64,000 nt of DNA from Nitrospirota bacterium (GTDB taxonomy: Bacteria > Nitrospirota > UBA9217), in NCBI GenBank assembly GCA_963840455.1, contig CAWIYV010000007.1:416001-480000 (forward strand). Reading direction: 5' to 3'. Below are positions 49,413 to 59,583 of this stretch, in pieces. The translations under genes were made by a program, and so were the position numbers. Under the pieces are notes generated by a model that was not told the DNA's origin, did no database searches, and worked only from the letters and a program-made list of their open reading frames with translations. Numbering within the stretch: the first letter of the stretch is position 1; each line of letters begins with the position of its first letter.

Positions 49413-50466
49413 CGCGGATTCTATCTCGAAGTGCAACGGCTTGAGGCCGCGACCTCCGTTGGCGTTCTGTAGCCGAGGCATTTCCTCGGTCGGCTGTTTA
49501 GCAGATATTCAATCCGGGCTATTTGCTCGGATGTGATTGTACGGAAGTCGGTTCCCTTTGGCAAGTACCAGCGAATGAGGCCATTAGCGTTCTCATTCGT
49601 GCCCCGCTCCCAGGACGCATAGGGCCGAGCAAAGTAGCATCTGATTCCCAGTCTGGCCGAGAGCGCCTCGTGTTTGGCATTCTCGGTCCCGTTGTCCAGC
49701 GTGAGGGTCTGGCGCCCTTTGGCCGGAAGCTTCTTGAGCCGATCGATGACTACCTGATTCGTCTCGTCAGCGCCCTTTCTGGACAGCTTGGTGATGAGGA
49801 CAAGGCGACTCTTACGTTCGACCAGGGTGTTGAGTGCTGCTTTACTCTTTCGGGAGATGAGGCTGTCTCCCTCCCAGTGACCGTACTGGCGACGGCTCTC
49901 TACGGACTTCGGTCGGGTATCAATCGGAATCCTATTGGGAATCGTGGTTTTTCTCACTTTTCTGCCGATGCTCTTGTTCTTCCGCTTTTTGTGGGCTCGG
50001 CGCAGCAACTGGATCATCTCCAGACGATCTGGATTCTGGGGATGATAGATGTACTGATAGATGGCCTCGTGGTTGATGGATTCTCCCGGATGGTCAAGCC
50101 GGATCCTCCCAGAGATCTGCTCCGGGGACCATCCCTTAGCGAGGCCGGCCTTTACATACTGCCGGATAAGGTCGTTTTTCAGACGCTCGTGCTTATTGGC
50201 CTCCGTCTTTCGCTCGCAGGCCCGAGCGTGTGCCCGACAGGGAACATAACGTCGCCGCTCCGGTGGAGAGTTGCGGTTGAGCTCCCGCGAGATAGTGCTT
50301 TTGTCTCGGCCCACAGCTTTTGCAATATCGCCGAGGCTGGAACCTCCTGAGAGCAAGTTGGCGATGATCTCTCTTTCCTCTTGGCTCAGGTGCTTATAGG
50401 GTTTTGGCATAGACACTTAGAGTAGCATGGCTACCCCAAGTGTTGCACTTCGCTATAGAACTCGCG
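49413..50466 (-). mobile_element. IS30-family element A; 25-bp imperfect IRs, AAT target duplication
   Basis: CGCGGATTCTATCTCGAAGTGCAAC and GTTGCACTTCGCTATAGAACTCGCG, flanked by AAT on both sides. Confidence 0.9.
49421..50410 (-). CDS. IS30 transposase
   Basis: STISRELNRN, WSPEQI, GHWEGD, TLDNGTE, ERGTNEN, RPRKCLG. Confidence 0.95.
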   Translation of the reverse strand: MPKPYKHLSQEEREIIANLLSGGSSLGDIAKAVGRDKSTISRELNRNSPPERRRYVPCRAHARACERKTEANKHERLKNDLIRQYVKAGLAKGWSPEQISGRIRLDHPGESINHEAIYQYIYHPQNPDRLEMIQLLRRAHKKRKNKSIGRKVRKTTIPNRIPIDTRPKSVESRRQYGHWEGDSLISRKSKAALNTLVERKSRLVLITKLSRKGADETNQVVIDRLKKLPAKGRQTLTLDNGTENAKHEALSARLGIRCYFARPYASWERGTNENANGLIRWYLPKGTDFRTITSEQIARIEYLLNSRPRKCLGYRTPTEVAASSRCTSR

Positions 50467-50493
50467 AATGTTTAGTAAAACGCCATTAGATGA

Positions 50494-51846
50494 TTACTGC
50501 GAAACAAAGTCACTATTCCAAGTAATAGAATCAAGTATTATATATTCACCAGGCATACTCGAGGGTACAGGATCAAAACGGATACCCGTAATAAGACCTT
50601 TATAATTCGGGGAAGAAGTCATATTTATCTTGTAGATCCGTGTCTGTCCGTCCGGCACAATGTTAAAATTAATTTTTTTGGACTCTGAGAACTTAAAAAT
50701 TGGATCGCCATAATTCGTAAAATATATTGCGGCCTGATTCATCTTACTGCGAATAGCTGCACGAATATAAAGTGTCGGAATATCGTCGGCTTGCCATAAA
50801 CTGGGCGGTCCTATGAGCTGTGGATCATTTCTATCTAATATGATGGTGATAGGACCTTTTGTGGGCACCCCATTATCTCGGCAATTATTATAAAACCAAT
50901 GCTGACGATCAGGCCCAAAAAGATAATTCGGTTTTGAATCAATCTGGTTAGCATATGCAACCTGTCGTATTTCTTCCAGGGAGCCAAGTATCAGTTGGTA
51001 TTGGTATTCATACACGATATTATTATCGATGATTTCCCTATAAAGAGGTCCAATGTAGCCTGTCGAATCGTCCAAAGGACCGCCAACGTTAGGCTTCCCA
51101 TGAAATCCACCTGCAAAATAATATACCCCCTGGTTATAAACACCTAACCCCCAGCCCTTATCATTAACCAATGCGGCCCAGTTTTCTGACGCAAACCAAG
51201 TCTTCCATGCAGGTGGTTTGGAGTCAATGATCTGAATTGAAGGTGCATTTGTAAAAGGAGCCGGTCCCGTATAGGTAAACAGTCGATACAACTTACCTAT
51301 GGTGTATACCGCAGGTAATTCCTGGTTAAATGCCGGGTACTGTTTTTTATCTGATCGATGATTAGTCAGCCGATTTCTAATCCGTGCCGTATAGTTCTGC
51401 AATTCAATCCATGTTTCAAAAGTACATTCACAGGGGACATTGTTTAATGCCCATTGCATGGGACGTTCTTTTACATATAATACCTTACCATCATTCCGAT
51501 ATTCCAGTACGGTAGCCCTATTGCCGTAAGTATCTCCGCAGCCAACCGGATTCCAAGGCCAGTTCCGATAGCCGGGGTTAGGAGTTCCAAACGGACGGGG
51601 GCCTGAATAATAGGACTGTTGTATCACTCTTCCTTTATCATGGCTATTGATAACATTTTCACCACTTTTTAAATCTGCGAAATAAGTAATGGTGCCGCCC
51701 AAATCAAGATCGATACCAATCTTAACTACTCCGTTGTCGAGAAAACTCATTTGGTTGCTGTCAGCATCTACTTTGTCCACTGTACCGCCTATAAACATGC
51801 ACAGCGTGAAAACGAATGCAATATGTAGGAAAGTGTAACTTCGCAT
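50494..51846 (-). CDS. Secreted hypothetical protein, possibly carbohydrate-active
   Basis: Signal peptide, beta/aromatic-rich, C-terminal IRFDP; no confident family. Confidence 0.6.
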   Translation of the reverse strand: MRSYTFLHIAFVFTLCMFIGGTVDKVDADSNQMSFLDNGVVKIGIDLDLGGTITYFADLKSGENVINSHDKGRVIQQSYYSGPRPFGTPNPGYRNWPWNPVGCGDTYGNRATVLEYRNDGKVLYVKERPMQWALNNVPCECTFETWIELQNYTARIRNRLTNHRSDKKQYPAFNQELPAVYTIGKLYRLFTYTGPAPFTNAPSIQIIDSKPPAWKTWFASENWAALVNDKGWGLGVYNQGVYYFAGGFHGKPNVGGPLDDSTGYIGPLYREIIDNNIVYEYQYQLILGSLEEIRQVAYANQIDSKPNYLFGPDRQHWFYNNCRDNGVPTKGPITIILDRNDPQLIGPPSLWQADDIPTLYIRAAIRSKMNQAAIYFTNYGDPIFKFSESKKINFNIVPDGQTRIYKINMTSSPNYKGLITGIRFDPVPSSMPGEYIILDSITWNSDFVSQ

Positions 51847-52017
51847 TTTACGTTATTCCTCCATATTGTAATTTCTCATCGCAATCACATTGCAGTATAT
51901 GCTGGAAATGCAGGTTGCAAAAAAAGAACTCTTTGGTTTTTTGGGGATATTAGGCTCACCCCTTGTATATATTAGCGCCGTGGTAATATTGGGTTTGCGT
52001 GCGCTGCTTTTAGTCCG

Positions 52018-53082
52018 GCCACATTCAACTCTGAAGTGCAACAAGTGAGCGAGCAACTTCCAACGGTGTTTTGAAGCCTAGGCACTTTCTGGGTCGGTTG
52101 TTGATGAGCTTCTCGATTTTCTTTATTTGCTCTTTGTCAATCTTACTGAAGTCAGTACCCTTTGGCAAGTAGCGTCGGATGAGGCCGTTGATCTGCTCAT
52201 TCGATCCTCGTTGCCATGCCGCATAGGGATGGGCAAAGTAGCATTTGATGCCAAGCGTAGCTGACAACTCCTCGTGCCTGGCATTCTCAGTGCCGTTGTC
52301 CATGGTAAGCGTCCGTTTTGCCTCCACGGGCAACTTCTTGAGCGCTCGAGCGACCGCCTTATTGGTTTCGGCAGCGGTCTTGCGTTCCAGCTTGGAAAGC
52401 CGGAGGATCCGGGTCTTGCGCTCGATTATGCTGTGCAAGGCAGACTTACTCTTGCGGGAGACCAGCGTATCGCTTTCCCAATGGCCAAATTGCTTTCGCT
52501 GATCGACCGACTTTGGCCTGGCATCAATGGAAACCCTATTGGGAATCTTGGTTTTTCGTACTTTTCTCCCTTTTCCCTTGATGCGCCGTTTCCGGTAGGC
52601 GCGACAGAGCTGGGAGATGAGGTGCTCTCGATCTGGGGTATCCCGGTGATAGATAAACTGGTAGATCGCCTCAGGGCTGATCGACAGGCCGGGAATCTCT
52701 TCCTTGAGACGACCAGCAATGATCTCCGGGGACCAGTTGATCTTAAGCTTTCGCCGGACGTACTGCTGAATCTTTTTGCTCTTGAGCAGCGGCCTATCAT
52801 GACGGGCTGTCAGTTTCCTCTGATCTGATCGTTTCTGTGCCCGGCAGGGCGTGTAACAGCTATACTCCGGGGAAGCGTTACGTATAAGCTCCCGTGAGAT
52901 CGTGCCCTTATCCCGGCTGAGTACCCGGGCAATCTCGGAAGGGCCTTTGCCCTCCCAATGCATTGATGCTATGAGCTCACGCTCTGTTTCGGTAAGATGA
53001 ACATAGGTTTTTGACATGGCCACTTAGGATAGCAGATTCCTTCCTGCTTACCCAAGTGTTGCACTTCACAATTGAACTTGCG
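52018..53082 (-). mobile_element. IS30-family element B; 25-bp imperfect IRs, CCG target duplication
   Basis: GCCACATTCAACTCTGAAGTGCAAC and GTTGCACTTCACAATTGAACTTGCG, flanked by CCG. Confidence 0.85.
52025..53017 (-). CDS. IS30 transposase (diverged from element A)
   Basis: GTISREL, WSPEII, GHWESD, TMDNGTE, RPRKCLG. Confidence 0.95.
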   Translation of the reverse strand: MSKTYVHLTETERELIASMHWEGKGPSEIARVLSRDKGTISRELIRNASPEYSCYTPCRAQKRSDQRKLTARHDRPLLKSKKIQQYVRRKLKINWSPEIIAGRLKEEIPGLSISPEAIYQFIYHRDTPDREHLISQLCRAYRKRRIKGKGRKVRKTKIPNRVSIDARPKSVDQRKQFGHWESDTLVSRKSKSALHSIIERKTRILRLSKLERKTAAETNKAVARALKKLPVEAKRTLTMDNGTENARHEELSATLGIKCYFAHPYAAWQRGSNEQINGLIRRYLPKGTDFSKIDKEQIKKIEKLINNRPRKCLGFKTPLEVARSLVALQS

Positions 53083-53092
53083 CCGTTATTAT

Positions 53093-54406
53093 TCACGTTG
53101 TACTCACCGTTCCCTGCGTATTCTTGAATAGATAAACACCACTTTTCTGAACTATGATAATCATCAATACCATCTCCAATATTTCGGCAGACAAAGACGC
53201 TGTTGCGGTGCCGAATTCACCATAAAACGGTACGGTCAAAAAAGAATATGTTACTGCAAAGAACCCAGTGGCGATCATGATCTTCATAAAGTGGCTTTGC
53301 ATATTGATATTGAGCATAATCTGCGTTCCAAGAATGTTGACCACGAAGATTGTAAACGGGAGTATGGCAAGGATCCTGATCAAGACGGTAATAGTATGAT
53401 TATGTCCGCCGGTCACTAAATATGTCAATACATCAGCTCCGAAATACAGCAGCAAACTGATTGTAAAAAAAGCAGCGCCTCCAAGGAATAATATCTTCCT
53501 CAACAGATGAAGTGTCCGCTCCCGCGACGTGACGAACATCGAACTTATCCTGGGATAGAGAGCCGTACTGAGCGGTGCGATTAGACTGACGAAGGCCCGG
53601 ACTGTCTTGTCTGCAATGGCAAAATACCCTACCTGCTGATTCGACGCAAACAGACCCAGGATAAATGTATTGCTGGTACTGAACAGCGTTATGGATATCT
53701 GCGAGATGAAAACTTGCCAGCCTTCGGCGAGAGACGATCTTATCTCGTCAAAGGACGGCGCTTTCAGAATAATCGGAAATGCAGACTGTGCAACGAGCAA
53801 GCCGATAATACCGGACAAGAGTAAACCTGCGGACTGTAGCCCTGCGGCTAATAGATAATCAGACTGCTTGTGCACAAATACAAATATAAGCGCCAAGGTT
53901 ATCGTCCGTGCAAGGATTGTGAGCGCGGTAATGTATTTCATTTTTTCCAGCCCCTGAAAGAACCAGACAGGAAAAAGCGCATTACCCGGCACGCTAATGA
54001 ACGTGATGAAGTAGATGGTCCAATCAGCCCTGAACTTCGGCACACTAAAGACGATTCCTGCTAGGACCAGCGCGCTTAGCATGACGAGTGCCAATCGGGC
54101 AGCCATGACTGACCAGAATATGTTAGATATTTTATCGCGGCTTGACCGGTTGATGGAAATTTGTCGTGTCGCTGTAAGATTAAATCCGTAATCGGTAATT
54201 AAAATAAAATATTGTACAAATGCCTGCGCGAATGCAAGCAGCCCAAATCGCTCGGCACCAAGCACGCGTACCAGATATGGGAACGTAATGAGGGGGAATA
54301 CGTACTTTGATATTTGTAGAATTGACAAAGAGATGATATTTGTAAAAATCTCCTTACCGGAATCACTCTTGAATTTTGCCAATATTTGATTTATAAATTG
54401 CTTCAT
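53093..54406 (-). CDS. wzx: Wzx flippase
   Basis: PLITFPYLVRVLG, DYGFNL, WFFQG; about 12 TM segments. Confidence 0.88.
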   Translation of the reverse strand: MKQFINQILAKFKSDSGKEIFTNIISLSILQISKYVFPLITFPYLVRVLGAERFGLLAFAQAFVQYFILITDYGFNLTATRQISINRSSRDKISNIFWSVMAARLALVMLSALVLAGIVFSVPKFRADWTIYFITFISVPGNALFPVWFFQGLEKMKYITALTILARTITLALIFVFVHKQSDYLLAAGLQSAGLLLSGIIGLLVAQSAFPIILKAPSFDEIRSSLAEGWQVFISQISITLFSTSNTFILGLFASNQQVGYFAIADKTVRAFVSLIAPLSTALYPRISSMFVTSRERTLHLLRKILFLGGAAFFTISLLLYFGADVLTYLVTGGHNHTITVLIRILAILPFTIFVVNILGTQIMLNINMQSHFMKIMIATGFFAVTYSFLTVPFYGEFGTATASLSAEILEMVLMIIIVQKSGVYLFKNTQGTVSTT

Positions 54407-54719
54407 CTATTGTTAATATTGTTTCAATATTAAAAACGGTATTTGACCGGATGGACCTAAGCGTCACCAATGATGTTTTCACGTTTCCGCATTTCTTAAC
54501 GGTGTATTTCCTCTTTATTCAATTCACTGCGTGTTTTTTATATAGCCTTGGTAGCAGTTCAATTGCCTTACCGTATTCAGGATCTATATGGGCATGACTT
54601 TTATCATAATTATCTAATACTTTTCTCATTTTCTAACGTCTTTTTTGTACATGATTTCTGTATAGAACAAAATCAGCTCAACATCTTCCGCATGCCTGTC
54701 CATCACGCGAATAACACCT

Positions 54720-55751
54720 TCAAGATAATGCCTTTTTGTACCATTCCAATGCTTGATCCAGTCCACGTTCAACGGTATGGCTCGGAATATATCCGAGCAG
54801 ATCACGGGCCTTACTGACATCTGCCTGGGAATGTTTTACATCTCCCGCACGGAAATCCCGGTAGACCGGCTTGCAGTTTTTTAGATGTGAGAAGTCTTTC
54901 TCAAGTCGAACTCGCAGCATCTCAAATAGTTGATTCAGGTCGGTCTTTGCGTTTACTGCAGTATTAAAGACCTGATTCACCGCTTCTTTATTGGAAGTCA
55001 TCGCAGCCAATAAATTCATCTGCACCACATTCGCTATATAGCAGAAATCCCGGCTGGTCTCACCGGTGCCATTGATGTACACAGGCTCCCCTTTGATCAT
55101 GGCAGCGATCCATTTCGGGATCACTGCTGCATACGCGCCTTCCGGATCCTGGCGCGGACCGAAAACATTAAAATAGCGCAGGCCGATTCCTTCCAATCCG
55201 TAACAACGGGCGAACACATCGGCGTACAGTTCGTTCACATATTTGGTAACAGCGTAGGGGGAAAGAGGTTTGCCTATCTTATCTTCGACCTTCGGGAGGC
55301 CGGGATGGTCGCCATAGGTGGAGCTGCTGGCAGCGTATACGATGCGATTCACCTTGTTGTCACGTGCGGCCGTCAACACATTAAGCGTGCCGGTTATGTT
55401 ATTTTCATTGGTAAGGATCGGGTCCTCAAGTGACCTCGGCACTGAACCAATGGCTGCTTCGTGCAGCACGTAATCAGCATCTTTGCAGGCCTTTTGACAG
55501 TCATCGAGGTTACGAATGTCACCCTTCATAAAGCTGAATCTTGACCATTGTATATCACTTACGAGCGATTTTACTTCATGCAGGTTTTGTTCATGGCCCG
55601 TCGAGAAATTATCCAGCCCGACAACGGTCTGATCGAGCCTGAGCAGGTGTTCAAGCAGGTTGGAGCCGATGAAGCCTGCGACGCCCGTTATGGCCCAGGT
55701 CGCAGGTGCTTCCCTTAATCGTTTTTTTATCTCGTCGTATCGTTCTGTCAT
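54720..55751 (-). CDS. UDP-GlcNAc(A) C4-epimerase (WbpP/TviC-like SDR)
   Basis: [36 protein letters not shown]. Confidence 0.9.
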   Translation of the reverse strand: MTERYDEIKKRLREAPATWAITGVAGFIGSNLLEHLLRLDQTVVGLDNFSTGHEQNLHEVKSLVSDIQWSRFSFMKGDIRNLDDCQKACKDADYVLHEAAIGSVPRSLEDPILTNENNITGTLNVLTAARDNKVNRIVYAASSSTYGDHPGLPKVEDKIGKPLSPYAVTKYVNELYADVFARCYGLEGIGLRYFNVFGPRQDPEGAYAAVIPKWIAAMIKGEPVYINGTGETSRDFCYIANVVQMNLLAAMTSNKEAVNQVFNTAVNAKTDLNQLFEMLRVRLEKDFSHLKNCKPVYRDFRAGDVKHSQADVSKARDLLGYIPSHTVERGLDQALEWYKKALS

Positions 55752-56040
55752 GATCTTCGGGTCCGCCTTACGTTATATGCAGTTTTCGTAACTATTTGGT
55801 CAGATACCAAGGAGTCTCCCCGCAAAGCCGCAGAGCAATCAGAGAAGTTCAACAGCAGGGGAAGCCTTCTTGTCTCAACAGCAGCCAGTTCCCCGCATCG
55901 CTCGGGGTAGCACTGTGAGATGCGTTGCGAGGTGATCAAGCTTGATTCAGCCTGTACACGAGACCCGCTTTCCTTTGCGGCTTTGCGCGAAACGGTTCTG
56001 TATCGGGCGTTGTCGTCCCTCCGTATATGCCTGTTCTCCG

Positions 56041-57345
56041 TCAAGCCTTATGGATCTTGCTGCTGTTGATATTTTTTCGTCCAAATGCATTTCTCGTGTC
56101 CAGGATGCATTGGGCATGTTCTTCGATAAAGGGATAATCATAGGCTGAATGGTCGGTCAGCAGCAGCACCGCATCCATCTGCCGCAAAAGCCCTTCCGTA
56201 AGCTCAACGGACCTCATGTCAATGTCGGGATAGTGGCGGTGTCCCCGGCAGAGGGGAACATGCATATCATGGTACTGGACCTCTGCCCCGCTGCTTTTTA
56301 GCAGCTGAACGATCTTCAATGAGGGTGATTCCCTCTGGTCGTCTATGTCTCTTTTATATGCCATGCCCAGGATAAGCACTTTTGAACCATTCAGCGTCGT
56401 TCCCTTCCTGTTCAGGACCGAGGTGAGTCTTTCAACAACATAATAAGGCATGCCGGTATTGATCTCGCCCGCCAACTCGATGAACCGCGTGGCAAAATCA
56501 AATTCCCTTGCCTTCCACGTTAGATAGAACGGATCGATCGGGATGCAGTGCCCGCCGAGCCCCGGTCCAGGATAGAACGCCTGGAAGCCGAAAGGTTTTG
56601 TCTTGGCTGCTTCTATAACTTCCCATATGTCAATGCCCATCTTGTCGAAAAGCATCTTGAGTTCATTCACGAGCGCGATATTGACTGACCGGTAAATGTT
56701 TTCAAGAAGCTTTGCAGCCTCGGCTACTTTGGTCGATGAAACCGGTATGGTCTTTTCCACGATCGTGTCATAGAGCGCAACAGCCGCGGCAAGACATTGT
56801 TCCGTATATCCTCCAACGACCTTTGGGATTGTGCTGGTTGAAAATTCCTTGTTGTTCGGGTCTTCTCTTTCAGGGGAAAACGCAAGATGAAAATCCACCC
56901 CGGCTTTGAGGCCGGTGTCCTCTAATATTTTTCTCATATCCTCATCAGTAGTGCCAGGATAGGTTGTTGATTCGAGGGAGATAAGCTGGCCTTTTCGGAG
57001 GTTCTTCGCGATCGTACGCGCTGTATTGAAAACATGCGACATGTCCGGCTCCCGGTATTTGTTGAGCGGCGTTGGAACGCATATGATGATGCAGTCCATA
57101 TTCGCTAACAAGGAAAAGTCAGTCGTGGGCGTGAAAAGAGAGGCATGAACCGTAAAATGGAATGAAGGGATATGCTTTATGTAGCTCTTGCCTTTTTTAA
57201 GCGCGTCGACCTTCTTCGAATCTATATCAAATCCGGTAACAGTAAAGCCGGCCTTGCAGAACTCGATAACCAGCGGCAGGCCGACATAACCCAGCCCGAT
57301 AACGCCGATTTTCGCCTTCTTTGATTTAATTTTATTCAGCAACAT
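56041..57345 (-). CDS. UDP-GlcNAc 6-dehydrogenase (WbpA-like)
   Basis: GLGYVG, ESTTYPGTT, SPEREDP, GGHCIPIDP. Confidence 0.92.
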   Translation of the reverse strand: MLLNKIKSKKAKIGVIGLGYVGLPLVIEFCKAGFTVTGFDIDSKKVDALKKGKSYIKHIPSFHFTVHASLFTPTTDFSLLANMDCIIICVPTPLNKYREPDMSHVFNTARTIAKNLRKGQLISLESTTYPGTTDEDMRKILEDTGLKAGVDFHLAFSPEREDPNNKEFSTSTIPKVVGGYTEQCLAAAVALYDTIVEKTIPVSSTKVAEAAKLLENIYRSVNIALVNELKMLFDKMGIDIWEVIEAAKTKPFGFQAFYPGPGLGGHCIPIDPFYLTWKAREFDFATRFIELAGEINTGMPYYVVERLTSVLNRKGTTLNGSKVLILGMAYKRDIDDQRESPSLKIVQLLKSSGAEVQYHDMHVPLCRGHRHYPDIDMRSVELTEGLLRQMDAVLLLTDHSAYDYPFIEEHAQCILDTRNAFGRKNINSSKIHKA

Positions 57346-57530
57346 GGTACCCCCGGTGAGTCAGACGGCATAATTCAGTCCTGCCACGCACACTCAGCGC
57401 ACCTCAGGCCCTTACGGGCTGTTGCTCAAATCATATGGATAAAAGCAATCGGCAACGCACTATTGCTGCGACGTACATCACGACATCAAGAGCCAACAGC
57501 GATGATGGGAGTGCAGCAACCAATGTAAAT

Positions 57531-57758
57531 CAGCATGCGCTGCGCTTCGTTCCACCAGATGGGCCTTGCGGAAAGCAGGCCGGTCCGGATGACGCCCTCT
57601 GCTTCGAGCCGTTTGAGGACCCGGCAGGCTTGATCTTCCTTTTCGATGTCAAGAGAGGCCGAGGCGACAGCGGGACCGGCTGCGAACTATGCAATGATCG
57701 TGACAGTAATGACAGCTCTCGTCAGCAATGAAAGGTCCCTTTGAATGAGAATATCCAA
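57531..57758 (-). pseudogene. Remnant of a capsule assembly Wzi-like gene
   Basis: Signal peptide with internal TAG at 57687-89, then ASLDIEKEDQACRVLKRLEAEGVIRTGLLSARP..EAQRML, then similarity is lost. Family recognised from memory only. Confidence 0.45.
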
Positions 57759-57801
57759 TGGGCCAGAATCGTACCAATAAATCTGGTTGCCGTCAAGGCA
57801 T

Positions 57802-57916
57802 ATTGAAGCTCCCTACAGCAAGCTGCAGGGAATCTTCGATCCTCAAGGTAATTATTTTATTCTAATCGCTCGCGAACCCCGCAGCAAGCTACCGGGAATG
57901 CGATCGCTCCTGGATT
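57802..57916 (-). mobile_element. ~115-bp two-hairpin element, copy 2 (inverted)
   Basis: ATTGAAGCTCCCTACAGCAAGCTGCAGGGAATCTTCGATCCTCA..CTAATCGCTCGC..CCCCGCAGCAAGCT..GCTCCTGGAT. Confidence 0.7.
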
Positions 57917-58091
57917 CACCGCCGCATGCTTTAACCCCTTGTATTGTCAGGTTTAGATCTTAGCTCGTAGGTCATGGTTTTAGCTCTTAGTTCTGAGTCA
58001 TTAGTTCGAAGAGAAGCGATTGATCGGGCACCAAAGTTCCGATAAAAAAGACTGTTTTCTGACTAAAAACTGAGCACTCAAAACCTATGAC

Positions 58092-58775
58092 TCAATACTG
58101 TTTTCTCATCCTCACCAGCCGGTCTGCAAGGGCATCGAAATCCTCCTGGTCGTATCGCACCTGTCCGAGCACCGGCACTCCTGATAAATGCTCTATGACC
58201 GCGGGGTTTGTCCTTTCCGCCGGGCCCTGCCGTCCATCAGTGCTGTGATTGAATATGGTCCCGGCGATAGGGACCCTGCGTGCGCGCAGTGCCATGATGG
58301 TCAGAAGCGTGTGATTGATCGTGCCGAGACCGGGACGGGCGATGATGAGGACCGGCAGACGCAGCTCGGCTGCAAGGTCGAGATAACTCGTTCGGAAAGT
58401 CAGCGGGACCATGATGCCGCCCGCGCCTTCGACGATCAGGAACTCATGCTTCTTCGTGAGCGCGCGAAAGGCCTCTTTGACCTTCCTGGTCTCTATCGTT
58501 CTCCCCTCTTGCTGTGAGGCGACCATCGGCGCCAGAGGCGCCCGAAACCGGTAAGGATTCACGAGATCAAGCGGGTCCGCCGCTTCGGCGCTTCGCATCA
58601 GTGTCATTGCATCCGCAGGGATCAATTTTCCGTCACGGCTTCTGCAGCCTGTCTCAGCGGGCTTCATCACGCCGACGCCGATGCCCCGCGCACGGAGCGC
58701 GCAGGCAATGCCGGCAGCCACAAAGGTCTTGCCCACGCCGGTGTCAGTTCCGGTTATGAAGATGCCCTTGATCAT
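58092..58775 (-). CDS. bioD: Dethiobiotin synthase
   Basis: ITGTDTGVGKT, MKP, VEGAGG, LGTINHTLL. Confidence 0.95.
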   Translation of the reverse strand: MIKGIFITGTDTGVGKTFVAAGIACALRARGIGVGVMKPAETGCRSRDGKLIPADAMTLMRSAEAADPLDLVNPYRFRAPLAPMVASQQEGRTIETRKVKEAFRALTKKHEFLIVEGAGGIMVPLTFRTSYLDLAAELRLPVLIIARPGLGTINHTLLTIMALRARRVPIAGTIFNHSTDGRQGPAERTNPAVIEHLSGVPVLGQVRYDQEDFDALADRLVRMRKQY

Positions 58776-58854
58776 TGCACCCCCCCCCACAATGCTAAGG
58801 GTATAGCGTGCACGTTACGATAATCTCTATGCTCCACGTCCCCTGCTCGTTCCT

Positions 58855-59583
58855 TCACAACACCCTGCTGTCCAGATTGAACACCTGTCCTGAGACATGC
58901 TTCATCAGCGATACATGGAGGATGAAGGCTGCCACCTCGGCAGCGTTCGACGTCCTTCCGAGGGCGTTCTCCGCGATCACGTGCGCGAGAACGCTTTCCG
59001 GCGCAGCTGCCCCCATGTCCGTGGGAAGGTATCCCGGCAGGACGCAGTTGACCTGGATGTTGGACCTGCCGAGCTCTTGTGCTGCCGTCTTTGTCAGACC
59101 GATGAGCCCTGCCTTCGATGCGGCATAGTTCGCCTGGCCTTCCCGCCCCCTGACCCCTGCGATCGAGGCAATCGAGATGATATGGCCTGAACGCTGATCC
59201 ATCATGGCCCGGGACACGGCGCGCATGCACAGGAACGGACCCTTCAGGTTCGTGTCCATGACGCTGTCCCAGCTCGCTTCATCCATTCTCACTGCGAGAG
59301 CGTCCCGGTTCACGCCCGCGTTGTTCACCAGAACGTCGACGGAACCCCAGCGCCGAAGCGCCACACCAACCATCGAATCGATATCATCAGGCAGCCTCAC
59401 ATCAGCGCGAACAGCGATTGCATCTCCTCCTCGCCTTTGAATATCTTCAGCAACGGTCCGGGCGTCCCCTTCTTGATCCCGGTAATTGACCACGACGCGG
59501 CATCCGGTTGTGCCAAACTGCAAGGCGATCTCCCGGCCAAGGCCGCGGGATGCGCCTGTCACGATGACGACGCGTTTCAGCAT
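58855..59583 (-). CDS. FabG-like 3-oxoacyl-ACP reductase (SDR)
   Basis: TGASRGLG, NNAG, NYAASK, PGYLPTDM. Confidence 0.85.
   Translation of the reverse strand: MLKRVVIVTGASRGLGREIALQFGTTGCRVVVNYRDQEGDARTVAEDIQRRGGDAIAVRADVRLPDDIDSMVGVALRRWGSVDVLVNNAGVNRDALAVRMDEASWDSVMDTNLKGPFLCMRAVSRAMMDQRSGHIISIASIAGVRGREGQANYAASKAGLIGLTKTAAQELGRSNIQVNCVLPGYLPTDMGAAAPESVLAHVIAENALGRTSNAAEVAAFILHVSLMKHVSGQVFNLDSRVL

Noticed and set aside
49413-53082. Composite transposon that delivered 50494-51846
   Set aside because: Each IS has its own target duplication (AAT, CCG) and the two are diverged.
57435-57731. 98-aa plus-strand ORF
   Set aside because: No motifs; the opposite strand better fits a decayed wzi-like gene.
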